Shown piece by piece: positions 42,001-53,550 of a stretch of DNA of 64,000 nucleotides (the first letter of the stretch is position 1; every line of letters starts with the position of its first letter). The notes beneath the pieces are model-generated. The model searched no databases. It saw only the letters and a program-made list of their open reading frames with translations, and was not told where the DNA came from. Made by a program: the position numbers and the translations under genes. Source of the DNA: Mobula hypostoma (lineage: Eukaryota); the NCBI RefSeq assembly GCF_963921235.1, contig NC_086108.1:2728001-2792000 (forward strand), read 5' to 3'.

Positions 42001-45000
42001 CACTCTCTCAATCTCCCTCCCCCCTCACTCTCTCAATCTCCCTCCCCCTCACTCTCTTAATCTCTCCCTACCCCCACTCTCTCAATATCTCCCTCCCCCG
42101 CACTCTCTCAATCTCCCCTTCCCCCCCACTCTCTCAATCTCTCCCACCCCCCCACTCTCTCAATCTCTCCCCTCTGTCTCTCAATCTCTCCCTCCCCCGC
42201 TCTCTCAATCTCTCCCTCCCCCCCGCTCTCTCAATCTCTCCCTCCCCCCTACTCTCTCAATCTGTCTCCCCCCACTCTCTCAATCTCCCTCCCCCCACTC
42301 TCTCAATCTCTCCCTCCCCCCATTCTCTCAATCTCTCCCTCCCTCCCACTCTCTCAATCTCCCCTCCACTCCCTCAATCTCCCCCTCCCCCCCTCAATCT
42401 CCCCCTCCCCCCACTCTCTCAATCTCCCTCCCCCCCACTCTCTCAATCTCCCTCACCCCCCACTCTCTCATTCTCCCTCCCCCCTCTATCAATCTCCCTT
42501 CCCCCACTCTCTCAATCTCCCTCCCCTCCACTCTCTCAATCTCTCCCTCCCCCCCACTCTCTCAATCTCTCCCTCCCCCCACTCTCTCAATCTCTCCCTC
42601 CCCCCCACACTCTCTCAATCTCTCTCTCCCCCCATCTCTCTCAATCTCTCTCTCCCCCATCTCTCTCAATCTCTCTCCCCCCCAACTCTCTCAATCTCCC
42701 CCTCCCCCCACTCTCTCAATCTCCCTCCCCCCCACTCTCTGAATCTCTCGCTCCCCCACTCTCTCAATCTCTCCCTCCCCCACTCCCTCAATCTCTCTCC
42801 CCCCACTCTCTCAATCTCCCTGCCCCCCCACTCTCTCAATCTCTCTCCCCCCCACTCTCTCAATCTCTCCCTCCCCCCCACTCTCTCAATCTCTCCCTCC
42901 CCCCACTCTCTCAATCTCCCTCCCCCCCACTCTCTCAATCTCCCTCCCCCCCACTCTCTCAATCTCTCTCCTCCCCACTCTCTCAATCTGTCTCCCCCCC
43001 ACTCTCTCAATCTCTCTCCCCCTCATTCTCTCAATCTCCCCCCCACTCTCTCAATCTCCCCCCCCACTCTCTCAATCTCTCCCTCACCCCCACTCTCTCA
43101 ATCTCTCCCTCACCCCCACTCTCTCAATCTCCCTCCCCCCCACTCTCTCAATCTCCCTCCCACCCACTCTCTCAATCTCCCTCACCCCCACTCTCTCAAT
43201 CTCCCTCACCCCCACTCTCTCAATCTCCCTCCCACCCACTCTCTCAATATCCCTGCCCCCCCACTCTCTCAATCTCTCTCCCCCCCACTCTCTCAATCTC
43301 TCCCTCCCCCCCACTCTCTCAATCTCTCCCTTCCCCCACTCTCTCAATCTCCCTCCCCCCCACTCTCTCAATGTCCCTCCCCCCCCACTCTCTCAATCTC
43401 TCTCCTCCCCACTCTCTCAATCTGTCTCCCCCCCACTCTCTCAATCTCCCCCCCACTCTCTCAATCTCTCTCCCCCTCATTCTCTCAATCTCCCCCCACT
43501 CTCTCAATCTCCCCCCCCACTCTCTCAATCTCTCCCTCACCCCCACTCTCTCAATCTCTCCCTCACCCCCACTCTCTCAATCTCCCTCCCCCCCACTCTC
43601 TCAATCTCCCTCTCCCCCCACTCTCTCAATCTGTCTCCCCCCATTCTCTCAATCTCTCCCCCCACTCTCTCAATCTTTCCCCCAACTCTCTCAATCTCTC
43701 CCTCCCCCCACTCTCTCAATCTCTCCCTCCCCCCTACTCTCTCAATTTCTCCCTCCCCCCATCTCTCAATCTCTCCCACCCCCCACTCTCTCAATCTCTC
43801 CCTCCCCCCCACTCTCTCAATCTCCCTCCCCCCCTCTCTCCCACCCCCCACTCTCTCAATCTCCCTCCCCCCACTTTCTCAATCTCTCCCTCCCCCCCTA
43901 CTCTCTCAATCTGTCTCCCCCCACTCTCTCAATCTCCCTCCTCCCACTCTCTCAATCTCTCCCTCCCCCCATTCTCTCAATCTCTCCCTCCCTCCCACTC
44001 TCTCAATCTCCCCTCCACTCCCTCAATCTCCCCCTCCCCCCCCTCAATCTCCCCCTCCCCCCACTCTCTCAATCTCTCTCCCCCCACTCTCTCAATCTCC
44101 CTCCCCCCACTCTCTCAATCACTCCCACCCCCCACTCTCTCAATCTCTCCCACCCCCACTCTCTCAATCTCTCCCTCCCCCCGCACTCTCTCAATCTCCC
44201 TCCCCCCACTCTCTCAATCTCCCTCCCCCCTCACTCTCTCAATCTCTCCCACCCCCCCACTCTCTCAATCTCTCCCCTCTGTCTCTCAATCTCTCCCTCC
44301 CCCGCTCTCTCAATCTCTCCCTCCCCCCCGCTCTCTCAATCTCTCCCTCCCCCCTACTCTCTCAATCTGTCTCCCCCCACTCTCTCAATCTCCCTCCCCC
44401 CACTCTCTCAATCTCTCCCTCCCCCCATTCTCTCAATCTCTCCCTCCCTCCCACTCTCTCAATCTCCCCTCCACTCCCTCAATCTCCCCCTCCCCCCCTC
44501 AATCTCCCCCTCCCCCCACTCTCTCAATCTCCCTCCCCCCCACTCTCTCAATCTCCCTCACCCCCCACTCTCTCATTCTCCCTCCCCCCTCTATCAATCT
44601 CCCTTCCCCCACTCTCTCAATCTCCCTCCCCTCCACTCTCTCAATCTCTCCCTCCCCCCCACTCTCTCAATCTCTCCCTCCCCCCACTCTCTCAATCTCT
44701 CCCTCCCCCCCACACTCTCTCAATCTCTCTCTCCCCCCATCTCTCTCAATCTCTCTCTCCCCCATCTCTCTCAATCTCTCTCCCCCCCAACTCTCTCAAT
44801 CTCCCCCTCCCCCCACTCTCTCAATCTCCCTCCCCCCCACTCTCTGAATCTCTCGCTCCCCCACTCTCTCAATCTCTCCCTCCCCCACTCCCTCAATCTC
44901 TCTCCCCCCCACTCTCTCAATCTCCCTGCCCCCCCACTCTCTCAATCTCTCTCCCCCCCACTCTCTCAATCTCTCCCCCCCCCCCACTCTCTCAATCTCT

Positions 45001-48000
45001 CCCTCCCCCCACTCTCTCAATCTCCCTCCCCCCCACTCTCTCAATCTCCCTCCCCCCCACTCTCTCAATCTCTCTCCTCCCCACTCTCTCAATCTGTCTC
45101 CCCCCCACTCTCTCAATCTCTCTCCCCCTCATTCTCTCAATCTCCCCCCCACTCTCTCAATCTCCCCCCCACTCTCTCAATCTCTCCCTCACCCCCACTC
45201 TCTCAATCTCTCCCTCACCCCCACTCTCTCAATCTCCCTCCCCCCCACTCTCTCAATCTCCCTCCCACCCACTCTCTCAATCTCCCTCACCCCCACTCTC
45301 TCAATCTCCCTCACCCCCACTCTCTCAATCTCCCTCCCACCCACTCTCTCAATATCCCTGCCCCCCCACTCTCTCAATCTCTCTCCCCCCCACTCTCTCA
45401 ATCTCTCCCTCCCCCCCACTCTCTCAATCTCTCCCTTCCCCCACTCTCTCAATCTCCCTCCCCCCCACTCTCTCAATGTCCCTCCCCCCCCACTCTCTCA
45501 ATCTCTCTCCTCCCCACTCTCTCAATCTGTCTCCCCCCCACTCTCTCAATCTCCCCCCCACTCTCTCAATCTCTCTCCCCCTCATTCTCTCAATCTCCCC
45601 CCACTCTCTCAATCTCCCCCCCCACTCTCTCAATCTCTCCCTCACCCCCACTCTCTCAATCTCTCCCTCACCCCCACTCTCTCAATCTCCCTCCCCCCCA
45701 CTCTCTCAATCTCCCTCTCCCCCCACTCTCTCAATCTGTCTCCCCCCATTCTCTCAATCTCTCCCCCCACTCTCTCAATCTTTCCCCCAACTCTCTCAAT
45801 CTCTCCCTCCCCCCACTCTCTCAATCTCTCCCTCCCCCCTACTCTCTCAATTTCTCCCTCCCCCCATCTCTCAATCTCTCCCACCCCCCACTCTCTCAAT
45901 CTCTCCCTCCCCCCCACTCTCTCAATCTCCCTCCCCCCCTCTCTCCCACCCCCCACTCTCTCAATCTCCCTCCCCCCACTTTCTCAATCTCTCCCTCCCC
46001 CCCTACTCTCTCAATCTGTCTCCCCCCACTCTCTCAATCTCCCTCCTCCCACTCTCTCAATCTCTCCCTCCCCCCATTCTCTCAATCTCTCCCTCCCTCC
46101 CACTCTCTCAATCTCCCCTCCACTCCCTCAATCTCCCCCTCCCCCCCTCAATCTCCCCCTCCCCCCACTCTCTCAATCTCTCTCCCCCCACTCTCTCAAT
46201 CTCCCTCCCCCCACTCTCTCAATCACTCCCACCCCCCACTCTCTCAATCTCTCCCACCCCCACTCTCTCAATCTCTCCCTCCCCCCGCACTCTCTCAATC
46301 TCCCTCCCCCCACTCTCTCAATCTCCCTCCCCCCTCACTCTCTCAATCTCCCTCCCCCTCACTCTGTTAATCTCTCCCTACCCCCACTCTCTCAATATCT
46401 CCCTCCCCCGCACTCTCTCAATCTCCCTCGCCCCCACTCTCTCAATCTCCCCTTCCCCCCCACTCTCTCAATCTCTCCCACCCCCCCACTCTCTCAATCT
46501 CTCCCCCCTGTCTCTCAATCTCTCCCTCCCCCCCGCTCTCTCAATCTCTCCCTCCCCCCCGCTCTCTCAATCTCTCCCTCCCCCCCTACTCTCTCAATCT
46601 GTCTCCCCCCCACTCTCTCAATCTCTCCCTCCCCCCATTCTCTCAATCTCTCCCTCCCTCCCACTCTCTCAATCTCCCCTCCACTCCCTCAATCTCCCCC
46701 TCCCCCCCTCAATCTCCCCCTCCCCCCACTCTCTCAATCTCCCTCCCCCCCACTCTCTCAATCTCCCTCACCCCCCACTCTCTCATTCTCCCTCCCCCCC
46801 TCTATCAATCTCCCTTCCCCCACTCTCTCAATCTCCCTCCCCTCCACTCTCTCAATCTCTCCCTCCCCCCCACTCTCTCAATCTCTCCCTCCCCCCACTC
46901 TCTCAATCTCTCTCCCCCCATCTCTCTCAATCTCTCCCCCCCCACTGTCTCAATCTCTCCCTCCCCCCCCACTCTCTCAATCTCTCTCTCCCCCCATCTC
47001 TCTCAATCTCTCTCTCCCCCATCTCTCTCAATCTCTCTCCCCCCCAACTCTCTCAATCTCCCCCTCCCCCCACTCTCTCAATCTCCCTCCCCCCCACTCT
47101 CTGAATCTCTCGCTCCCCCACTCTCTCAATCTCTCCCTCCCCCACTCCCTCAATCTCTCCCTCCCCCAGTCTCTCAATCTCTCCCTCCCCCCCACTCTCT
47201 CAATCTCCCCCCACTCCCTGAATCTCTCCCTCCCTCCACTCCCTGAATCTCACCCTCCCTCCACTCTCTCAATCTCCCCCCCACTCTCTCAATCTCTGCC
47301 TCCACCCACTCTCTCAATCTCCCTCCCCCCACTCTCTCAATCTCCCTCCCCCCAACTATCTCGATCTCCCTCCCCCCCAACTCTCTCGATCTCCCTCCCC
47401 CCCAACTCTCTCGATCTCCCCCTCCCCCACACACTCTCAATCTCTCCCCCCACTCTCTCAATCTTTCCCCCCAGTCTCTCAATCTCTCCCTCCCCCCCAT
47501 TCTCTCAATCTCTCCCTCCCCCCACTCTCTCAATCTCTCCCTCCCCCCACTCTCTCAATCTCTCCCTCCCCCCATTCTCTCAATCTCTCCCTCCCCCCAT
47601 TCTCTCAATCTCTCCCTCCCCCCCACTCTCTCAATCTCTCCCTCCCCCCACTCTCTCAATCTCTCCCTCCCCCCATTCTCTCAATCTCTCCCTCCCCCTT
47701 TCTTTCAATCTCTCCCTCCCCCCATTCTCTCAATCTCTCCCTCCCCCCATTCTCTCAATCTCCCTCCCCCCACTCTCTCAATCTCCCTCCCCCCCACTCT
47801 CTCAATCTATCCCTCCCCCCACTTTCTCAATCTCTCCCTCCCCCCCAGTTTCTCAATCTCTCCCTCCCCCCCACTCTCTCAATCTCTCCCTCCCCCCACT
47901 CTCTCAATCTCTCCCCCCACTCTATCAATCTCTCCCTCCCCCCACTCTCTCAATCTCTCCCCCCACTCTCTCAATCTCTCCCCCCCACTCTCTAAATCTC

Positions 48001-49071
48001 TCCCTCCCCCCACTCTCAATCTCTCCCTCCCCCCACTCTCAATCTCTCCCTCCCCCCAGTCTCTCAATCTCTCCCTCCCCCCCAGTCTCTCAATCTCTCC
48101 CTCCCCCCCATTCTTTCAATCTATCCATCCCCCCACTTTCTCAATCTCTCCCTCCCCCCCAGTTTCTCAATCTCTCCCTCCCCCCCACTGTCTCAATCTC
48201 TCCCTCCCCCCACTCTCTCAATCTCTCCCCCCACTCTATCAATCTCTCCCTCCCCCCACTCTCTCAATCTCTCCCCCCACTCTCTCAATCTCTCCCCCCC
48301 ACTCTCTCAATCTCTCCCTCCCCCCCCACTCTCTCAATCTATCCCTCCCCCCATTCTCTCAATCTCTCCCTCCCCATTCTCTGAATCTCTCCCTCCCCCC
48401 ACTCTCTCAATCTCTCCCTCCCACCCACTCTCTCAATCTCTCCCTCCCCCCCACTCTCTCCCTCCCCCCACTCTCTCAATCTCTCCCTCCCACCCATTCT
48501 CTCAATCTCTCCCTCCCCCCACTCTCTCAATCTCTCCCTCCCCCCACTCTCTCAATCTCTCCCTCCCACCCATTCTCTCAATCTCTCCCTCCCCCCACTC
48601 TCTCAATCTCTCCCTCCCACCCACTCTCTCAATCTCTCCCTCCCCCCCACTCTCTCCCTCCCCCCACTCTCTCAATCTCTCCCTCCCACCCATTCTCTCA
48701 ATCTCTCCCTCCCCCCACTCTCTCAATCTCTCCCTCCCCCCACTCTCTCAATCTCTCCCTCCCACCCATTCTCTCAATCTCTCCCTCCCCCCACTCTCTC
48801 AATCTCTCCCTCCCACCCACTCTCTCAATCTCTCCCTCCCCCCCACTCTCTCCCTCCCCCCACTCTCTCAATCTCTCCCTCCCACCCATTCTCTCAATCT
48901 CTCCCTCCCCCCACTCTCTCAATCTCTCCCTCCCACCCACTCTCTCAATCTCTCCCTCCCCCCACACTCTCAATCTCTCCCTCCCCCCACACTCTCAATC
49001 TCTCCCTCCCCCCACACTCTCAATCTCTCCCTCCCCCCACACTCTCAATCTCTCCCTCCCCCCCCCACTCT
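1..49071. repeat. CT-rich (GA-rich on minus strand) satellite/minisatellite array, ~20-27 bp monomer, open at the left window edge
   Basis: Continuous tandem units of CACTCTCTCAATCTC(TC)CCTCCCCC with variable C-run length and almost no G on the + strand. Ends abruptly at ...CCCCACTCTGTTTCTCCACGGG near 49071. Confidence 0.99.
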
Positions 49072-49158
49072 GTTTCTCCACGGGTGAAGCATGCATCAAC
49101 AAGCACGCAACCCTCTTCTCTCTCTCCTGGAGCAGTGCCATACGAGAGTCATTGCTGT

Positions 49159-49684
49159 CATAGCATCATAGAATACTTCAGCACAGAAACAGACCATTCC
49201 ACCCATCTAGTCTGTGCTGAACTATTAAATGTGCCTCGTCCCATCAACCCTCCCCTTCATACCCCTCCCACCCATGTACTGATCCGAACTTTTCTTACAT
49301 GTTGCAGGGGAACCCACAGCTACCACTTCCACCGCCAGCTCGTTCCGCACTCTCACCACCCTCTCAGTGAAGAAACTCCCCCACAGGTCCCCCTGAGATA
49401 TTTCACCTTTCACCCTTAGCTCATGACCTCTAGCTCTAGTCGCACCCAGTCTCAGAGAAAAAAAGCCTGTCTATACTCCAAATAATTCTGTACACATCTA
49501 TTAAATAAATCTCCCCTGCTTCTCCTACGCTGCAGGGTATAAAGTCCTCACCCGTTCAGCCTTTCCTCTAACGCAGGTCCTCACATCTCGGCAACATCCT
49601 TGTAAAGTTTCTCTGTACTCTTTCAACCTTATTGACCCCCCTCCTGTGGTTGGGTGACCAGACCTGCACACAATACTCCAAGCC
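49159..49684 (-). mobile_element. Degraded CR1 LINE 3' fragment, downstream of the granin stop codon
   Basis: Minus-strand translations LEYCVQVWSPNHRRGVNKVERVQRNFTRMLP and FFTERVVRVRNEL match CR1 ORF2 C-terminal motifs in the other copies here. 3' UTR/tail (CATAGCATCATAGAA...CAGCACAGAAACAG on +) at the left end. Confidence 0.9.
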
Positions 49685-49912
49685 CGTTAAAAGCAAGGGA
49701 AGGGGTTGCTGTTTCCTAAATCCAATCCTGTCATTGACGGAGTGACATTGCCAGTTACGGAAAGAGCAATAAAGATTGAAGAGTATAGCATGCATTACTG
49801 CACCATGTCTGTCCCCGCTTTGGACTATAACAGTACAGAGCCAGAGCAGTGGGTGAGAGGCCGGCGTGACACAACAAAGGATGGTCAGGGTCATTGGAGC
49901 CAAGCACAAGCC

Positions 49913-49996
49913 TCATCCCCGCCGGATCTCTCTCAGTTTCTCAGCAACCTCCTTCAGTTCCTTCTCGATCTCAGCAAGGTTCCTCAGCTTACCAAC
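49913..49996 (-). CDS. CCER2: Terminal coding exon of a granin-family (CCER2/chromogranin-like) gene: VGKLRNLAEIEKELKEVAEKLREIRRG*
   Basis: Hand translation. Preceded on the minus strand by a branch-like CTAAC/CTGAC, a pyrimidine tract and CAG (ctgtctgacttccccag|GTT), phase 0, with TGA at 49915-49913. Aligns without gaps to the recalled chromogranin A C-terminus DQELESLSAIEAELEKVAHQLQALRRG (12/27 identical, ends RRG). Confidence 0.88.
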   Translation of the reverse strand, partial: VGKLRNLAEIEKELKEVAEKLREIRRG

Positions 49997-50131
49997 CTGG
50001 GGAAGTCAGACAGAGTGGGTCAAAAGTTAGAAATCAGCTCCATTCACCTTTTCCGATTGTCTGCCGGTGACGGTCCGAAAGGGTCAGGGTTCTTCCTATA
50101 TCGTGTGTCAGTGCTTTGGCGGATGGAATCG

Positions 50132-51026
50132 ATAGCTTTGTGGATAATATAAAGATGGGTGGAGCGGCAGGTTGTGTTGAGGAAGCAAGGTGTCTGTATA
50201 GAAGGACTTGGACAGATTAGAAGAATGGGCAAAGAAACGGCAGATGGAATACAGTGTCGGGAAGTGTATGTTGGGCTGGAATAAAGGTATCAATTATTTT
50301 CTAAATGAGGAAAAAATTCAGAAATCAAAGGTGCAAAGCGACTTGGGAGTCCTTGTGCAGGATTCCCCAAAGGTTAACTTGCAGGTTGAATTGGTGGTGA
50401 GGAAGGAAAATGCAGTGTTAGCATTCATTTTGAGAGGACTAGAATGTAAGCAAAGATTACTGAGGCTTTATAAAGCACTGGTCAGACTGTGAGTAGTTGC
50501 GGGCCCCTTATCCAAGGTGTGCTGACATTTGACAGGGCCCAGAGAAGGTTCACAAGGATGATTCCAGGAATAGAAGTATTAATGTATGAGGAGTGTTTGA
50601 TGATTCCGTGTCTGTACAACCGGAATTTAGAAGAATGGGGGGCACCTCATTGAAACACATCAGATGTTGAAAGGTTTAGTCAGAGTGGATGTGGAGATAA
50701 TGTTTTCTATTGTGTGGGGGGCGGGGGGGGGGGAGTCTAAGACCAGAGGATACAGACTCAGAATAGAAAGACACTCCTTTAGAACAGAGGTGAAGAGTAA
50801 TTTCTTCATCATTGCTATAGAGGGCTGTGAAGGCCCCGTCATTGGGTACATTTCAAGTGAAGGTTGATAGGTTCTTGATTAGTCAGGGTGTCATAGGTTA
50901 CATGAAGACAGCAGGAGAATGGGGTTGAGAGGGATAATAAATCAGCCAAGATGGAATGTCCGAGCAGACTCAGTTGGCTGAATGGCCTAATTTTGTTCCA
51001 ATGTCTTATGGTCATATGGCCTTATA
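50132..51026 (+). mobile_element. Degraded CR1 LINE 3' fragment
   Basis: DRLEEWAKKRQMEYSVGKC...DLGVLVQD...LYKALVR and LKGLVRVD...TRGYRLRI...FRTEVKSNFF in broken frames. Ends with GAATGGCCTAATT and a (CTTATGGT)-like tail. Confidence 0.9.
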
Positions 51027-51096
51027 CATTTACATGTATTAGGAATTTGCTGTGGTGTATGTAGGCTGGTCCCTGAGAATCTCTGTAGTGTTCCCA

Positions 51097-51540
51097 AAGT
51101 TCAAAGTCCAAAGTAAATATATTATCAAAGAATGCATATCTTACCATATACTTCCAAAAGATTTATTTTCTTGCAAGCATTTACAACAAAAATAAAGAAA
51201 GACGTTTGCAAACTACGTATACATAAATAAAGACTGGCATAACTAATGTGCAAGAGACAAATTGTGCAAATAAAATATAAATAATAGAGAATAGGAGTTG
51301 TAAAGTCTTTGAAAGTGAGTCTGTAGTTTGTGGAATCAGTTCAGAGTTGTGGTGAGTGAAGTTATCCACACTGGTTCAGGAGCCTGATGGTTGTGGGGTA
51401 ATAACTGTTCCTGAACCTGGTGGTGTGGGACCTGAGGCTCCTGTACCTCCTCCCCGATGGCAGCATGGTCTGGGTGGTGGGGTCTTTGATGATGGACGCT
51501 GCTTTCCTACAACAGCGCTCCATGTAGATGTGCTCAGTGA
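51097..51540 (-). mobile_element. 3' end of a Rex1/Babar-like LINE (host copy 1), continuing for ~30 bp at 53331-53362
   Basis: Minus translation IYMERCCRKAASIIKDP...LPSGRRYRSLRSHTTRFRNSYYPTTIRLLN, a C-terminal motif recalled from Rex1/Babar-type LINEs. AT-rich 3' UTR ending in a (TTTGAAC)-like tail near 51097. Confidence 0.8.
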
Positions 51541-53331
51541 TAGAAACATAGAAACATAGAAAATAGGTGTAGGAGTAGGCCATTCGGCCCTTCGAGCCTG
51601 CACCGCCATTTATTATGATCATGGCTGATCATCCAACTCAGAACCCCTGCCCCAGCCTTCCCTCCATACCCCCTGATCCCTTTAGCCACAAGGGCCATAT
51701 CTAACTCCCTCTTAAATATAGCCAATGAACCGGCTTCAACTGTTTCCTGTGGCAGAGACTTCCACAGATTCACCACTCTCTGTGTGAAGAAGTTTTTCCT
51801 AATCTCAGTCCTAAAAGGCTTCCCCTTTATCGTCAAACTGTGACCCCTCATTCTGGACTTCCCCAACATCGGGAACAACCTTCCTGCATCTAGCCTGTCC
51901 AATCCCTTTAGGATTTTATACGTTTCAATCAGATCCCCCCTCAATCTTCTAAATTCCAACGAGTATAAGCCCAGTTCATCCAGTCTTTCTTCATATGAAA
52001 GTCCTGCCATCCCAGGAATCAATCTGGTGAACCTTCTTTGTACTCCCTCTATGGCAAAGATGTCTTTCCTCAGATTAGGGGACCAAAACTGCACACAATA
52101 CTCCAGGTGTGGTCTCACTAAGGCCTTGTACAACTGCAGTAGTACCTCCCTGCTCCTGTACTCGAATCCTCTCGCTATAAATGCCAGCATACCATTCGCT
52201 TTTTTCACCGCCTGCTGTACCTGCATGCCCACTTTCAGATTCAGATAATAATCTATTTTCCTGTTTTTGCCACCAAAGTGGATAACTTCACACTTATCCA
52301 CATTAAATTGCATCTGCCATGAACTTGCCCACTCACCCAACCTATCCAAGTCACTCTGCATCCTCTTAGCATCCTCCTCACAGCTAACACTGCCACCCAG
52401 CTTCGTGTCATCCGCAAACTTGGAGATGCTGCATTTAATTCACTCATACAAGTCATTAACATATATTGTAAACAACTGGGGTCCCAGCACTGAGCCTTGC
52501 GGTACCCCACTAGTCACCGCCTGCCATTCTGAAAAGGTCCCGTTTATTCCCACTCTTTGCTTCCTGTCTGCTAACCAATTCTCTATCCACATCAATACCT
52601 TACCCCCAATACCGTGTGCTTTAAGTTTGCACACTAATCTCCTGTGTGGGACCTTGTCAAAAGCCTTTTGAAAATCCAAATATACCACATCCACTGGTTC
52701 TCCCCTATCCACTCTACTAGTTACATCCTCAAAAAATTCTATGAGATTCGTCAGACATGATTTTCCTTTCACAAATCCATGCTGACTTTGTCCGATGATT
52801 TCATTGCTTTCCAAATGTGCTGTTATCACATCTTTGATAACCGACTCCAGCAGTTTCCCCACCACCGACGTTAGGCTAACCGGTCTATAATTCCCCGGTT
52901 TCTCTCTCCCTCCTTTTTTAAAAAGTGGGGTTACATTAGCCACCCTCCAATCTTCAGGAACTAGTCCAGAATCTAACGAGTTTTGAAAAATTATCACTAA
53001 TGCATCCACTATTTCTTGGGCTACTTCCTTAAGCACTCTGGGATGCAGACCATCTGGCCCTGGGGATTTATCTGCCTTCAATCCCTTCAATTTACCTAAC
53101 ACCACTTCCCTACTAACATGTGTTTCGCTCAGTTCCTCCATTTCACTGGACCCTCTGTCCGCTACTATTTCTGGAAGATTATTTATGTCCTCCTTAGTGA
53201 AGACAGAACTAAAGTAATTATTCAATTGGTCTGCTATGTCCTTGTTCCCCATGATCAATTCACCTGTTTCTGTCTGCAGGGGACCTACATTTGTCTTTAG
53301 CAATCTTTTCCTTTTTACATATCTATAAAAG
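51541..53331 (-). mobile_element. Young 5'-truncated CR1 LINE (RT domain, C-terminus, 3' UTR); pseudogenised
   Basis: ORFs 52440-53303 and 51534-52361 share a frame (GPDG, NYRPVSLTS, LDFQKAFD, GVPQGSVLGP), split by GGA>TGA at 52440-52442. Net 60-bp in-frame deletion near 52238. (CTATGTTT)n tail at 51541-51560. Near-identical to 59552-61403. Confidence 0.96.
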
Positions 53332-53419
53332 ATGGGGGGGCGGTTTCCTTGTGAAGGGCTGGTGGGAACATTCTACCTCTAACTTAGGTTATTGGTGTAT
53401 TGATTAACCATGTTTCGAG

Positions 53420-53530
53420 CAGCAGACAAAATGCTGGAGGAATTCAGCAGGTCAGGCAGCATCTACGGAAGGGAATGAACAGTCAACGTTTTGGGCCGGA
53501 ATGTTTCATCAGGATCTGATGAAGGGTCTC
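53420..53530. mobile_element. Penelope-like terminal-repeat remnant with decayed hammerhead-ribozyme motif, head-to-head
   Basis: ACAAAATGCTGGAGGAATTCAGCAGGTCAGGCAGCATCT... followed by the hairpin TTCATCAG-GAT-CTGATGAA. Minus strand reads TC-CTGATGA-AACATTCCGGCCC-AAAAC-GTT-GACTG. Confidence 0.55.
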
Positions 53531-53550
53531 CACTATTTATTCACTTTCTC

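Noticed and set aside
1778..47104. Very long + strand Pro/Ser/Leu/His-rich ORFs (extensin- or mucin-like, up to 1653 aa)
   Set aside because: The monomer has no stop codon in any + frame. ORFs overlap in all three frames, C-run indels ignore frame, and most starts are non-ATG. These are translations of satellite DNA.
1873..48973. Minus-strand REWG/EIERVGG ORFs
   Set aside because: Reverse translation of the same satellite, ended by the TGA in each monomer.
1..49071. CRISPR array or telomeric repeat
   Set aside because: No unique spacers or cas genes, and the context is vertebrate. CCCTAAC occurs only as an isolated monomer variant, never as tandem CCCTAA.
50066..50090. GGTCC-GAAA-GGGTC GNRA-like hairpin near the acceptor
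   Set aside because: Five-bp stem with two G-U pairs and no ribozyme core nearby, which is expected by chance.
49706..50152. 148-aa + strand ORF
   Set aside because: Antisense to the granin terminal exon and its 3' UTR, with no recognisable domain.
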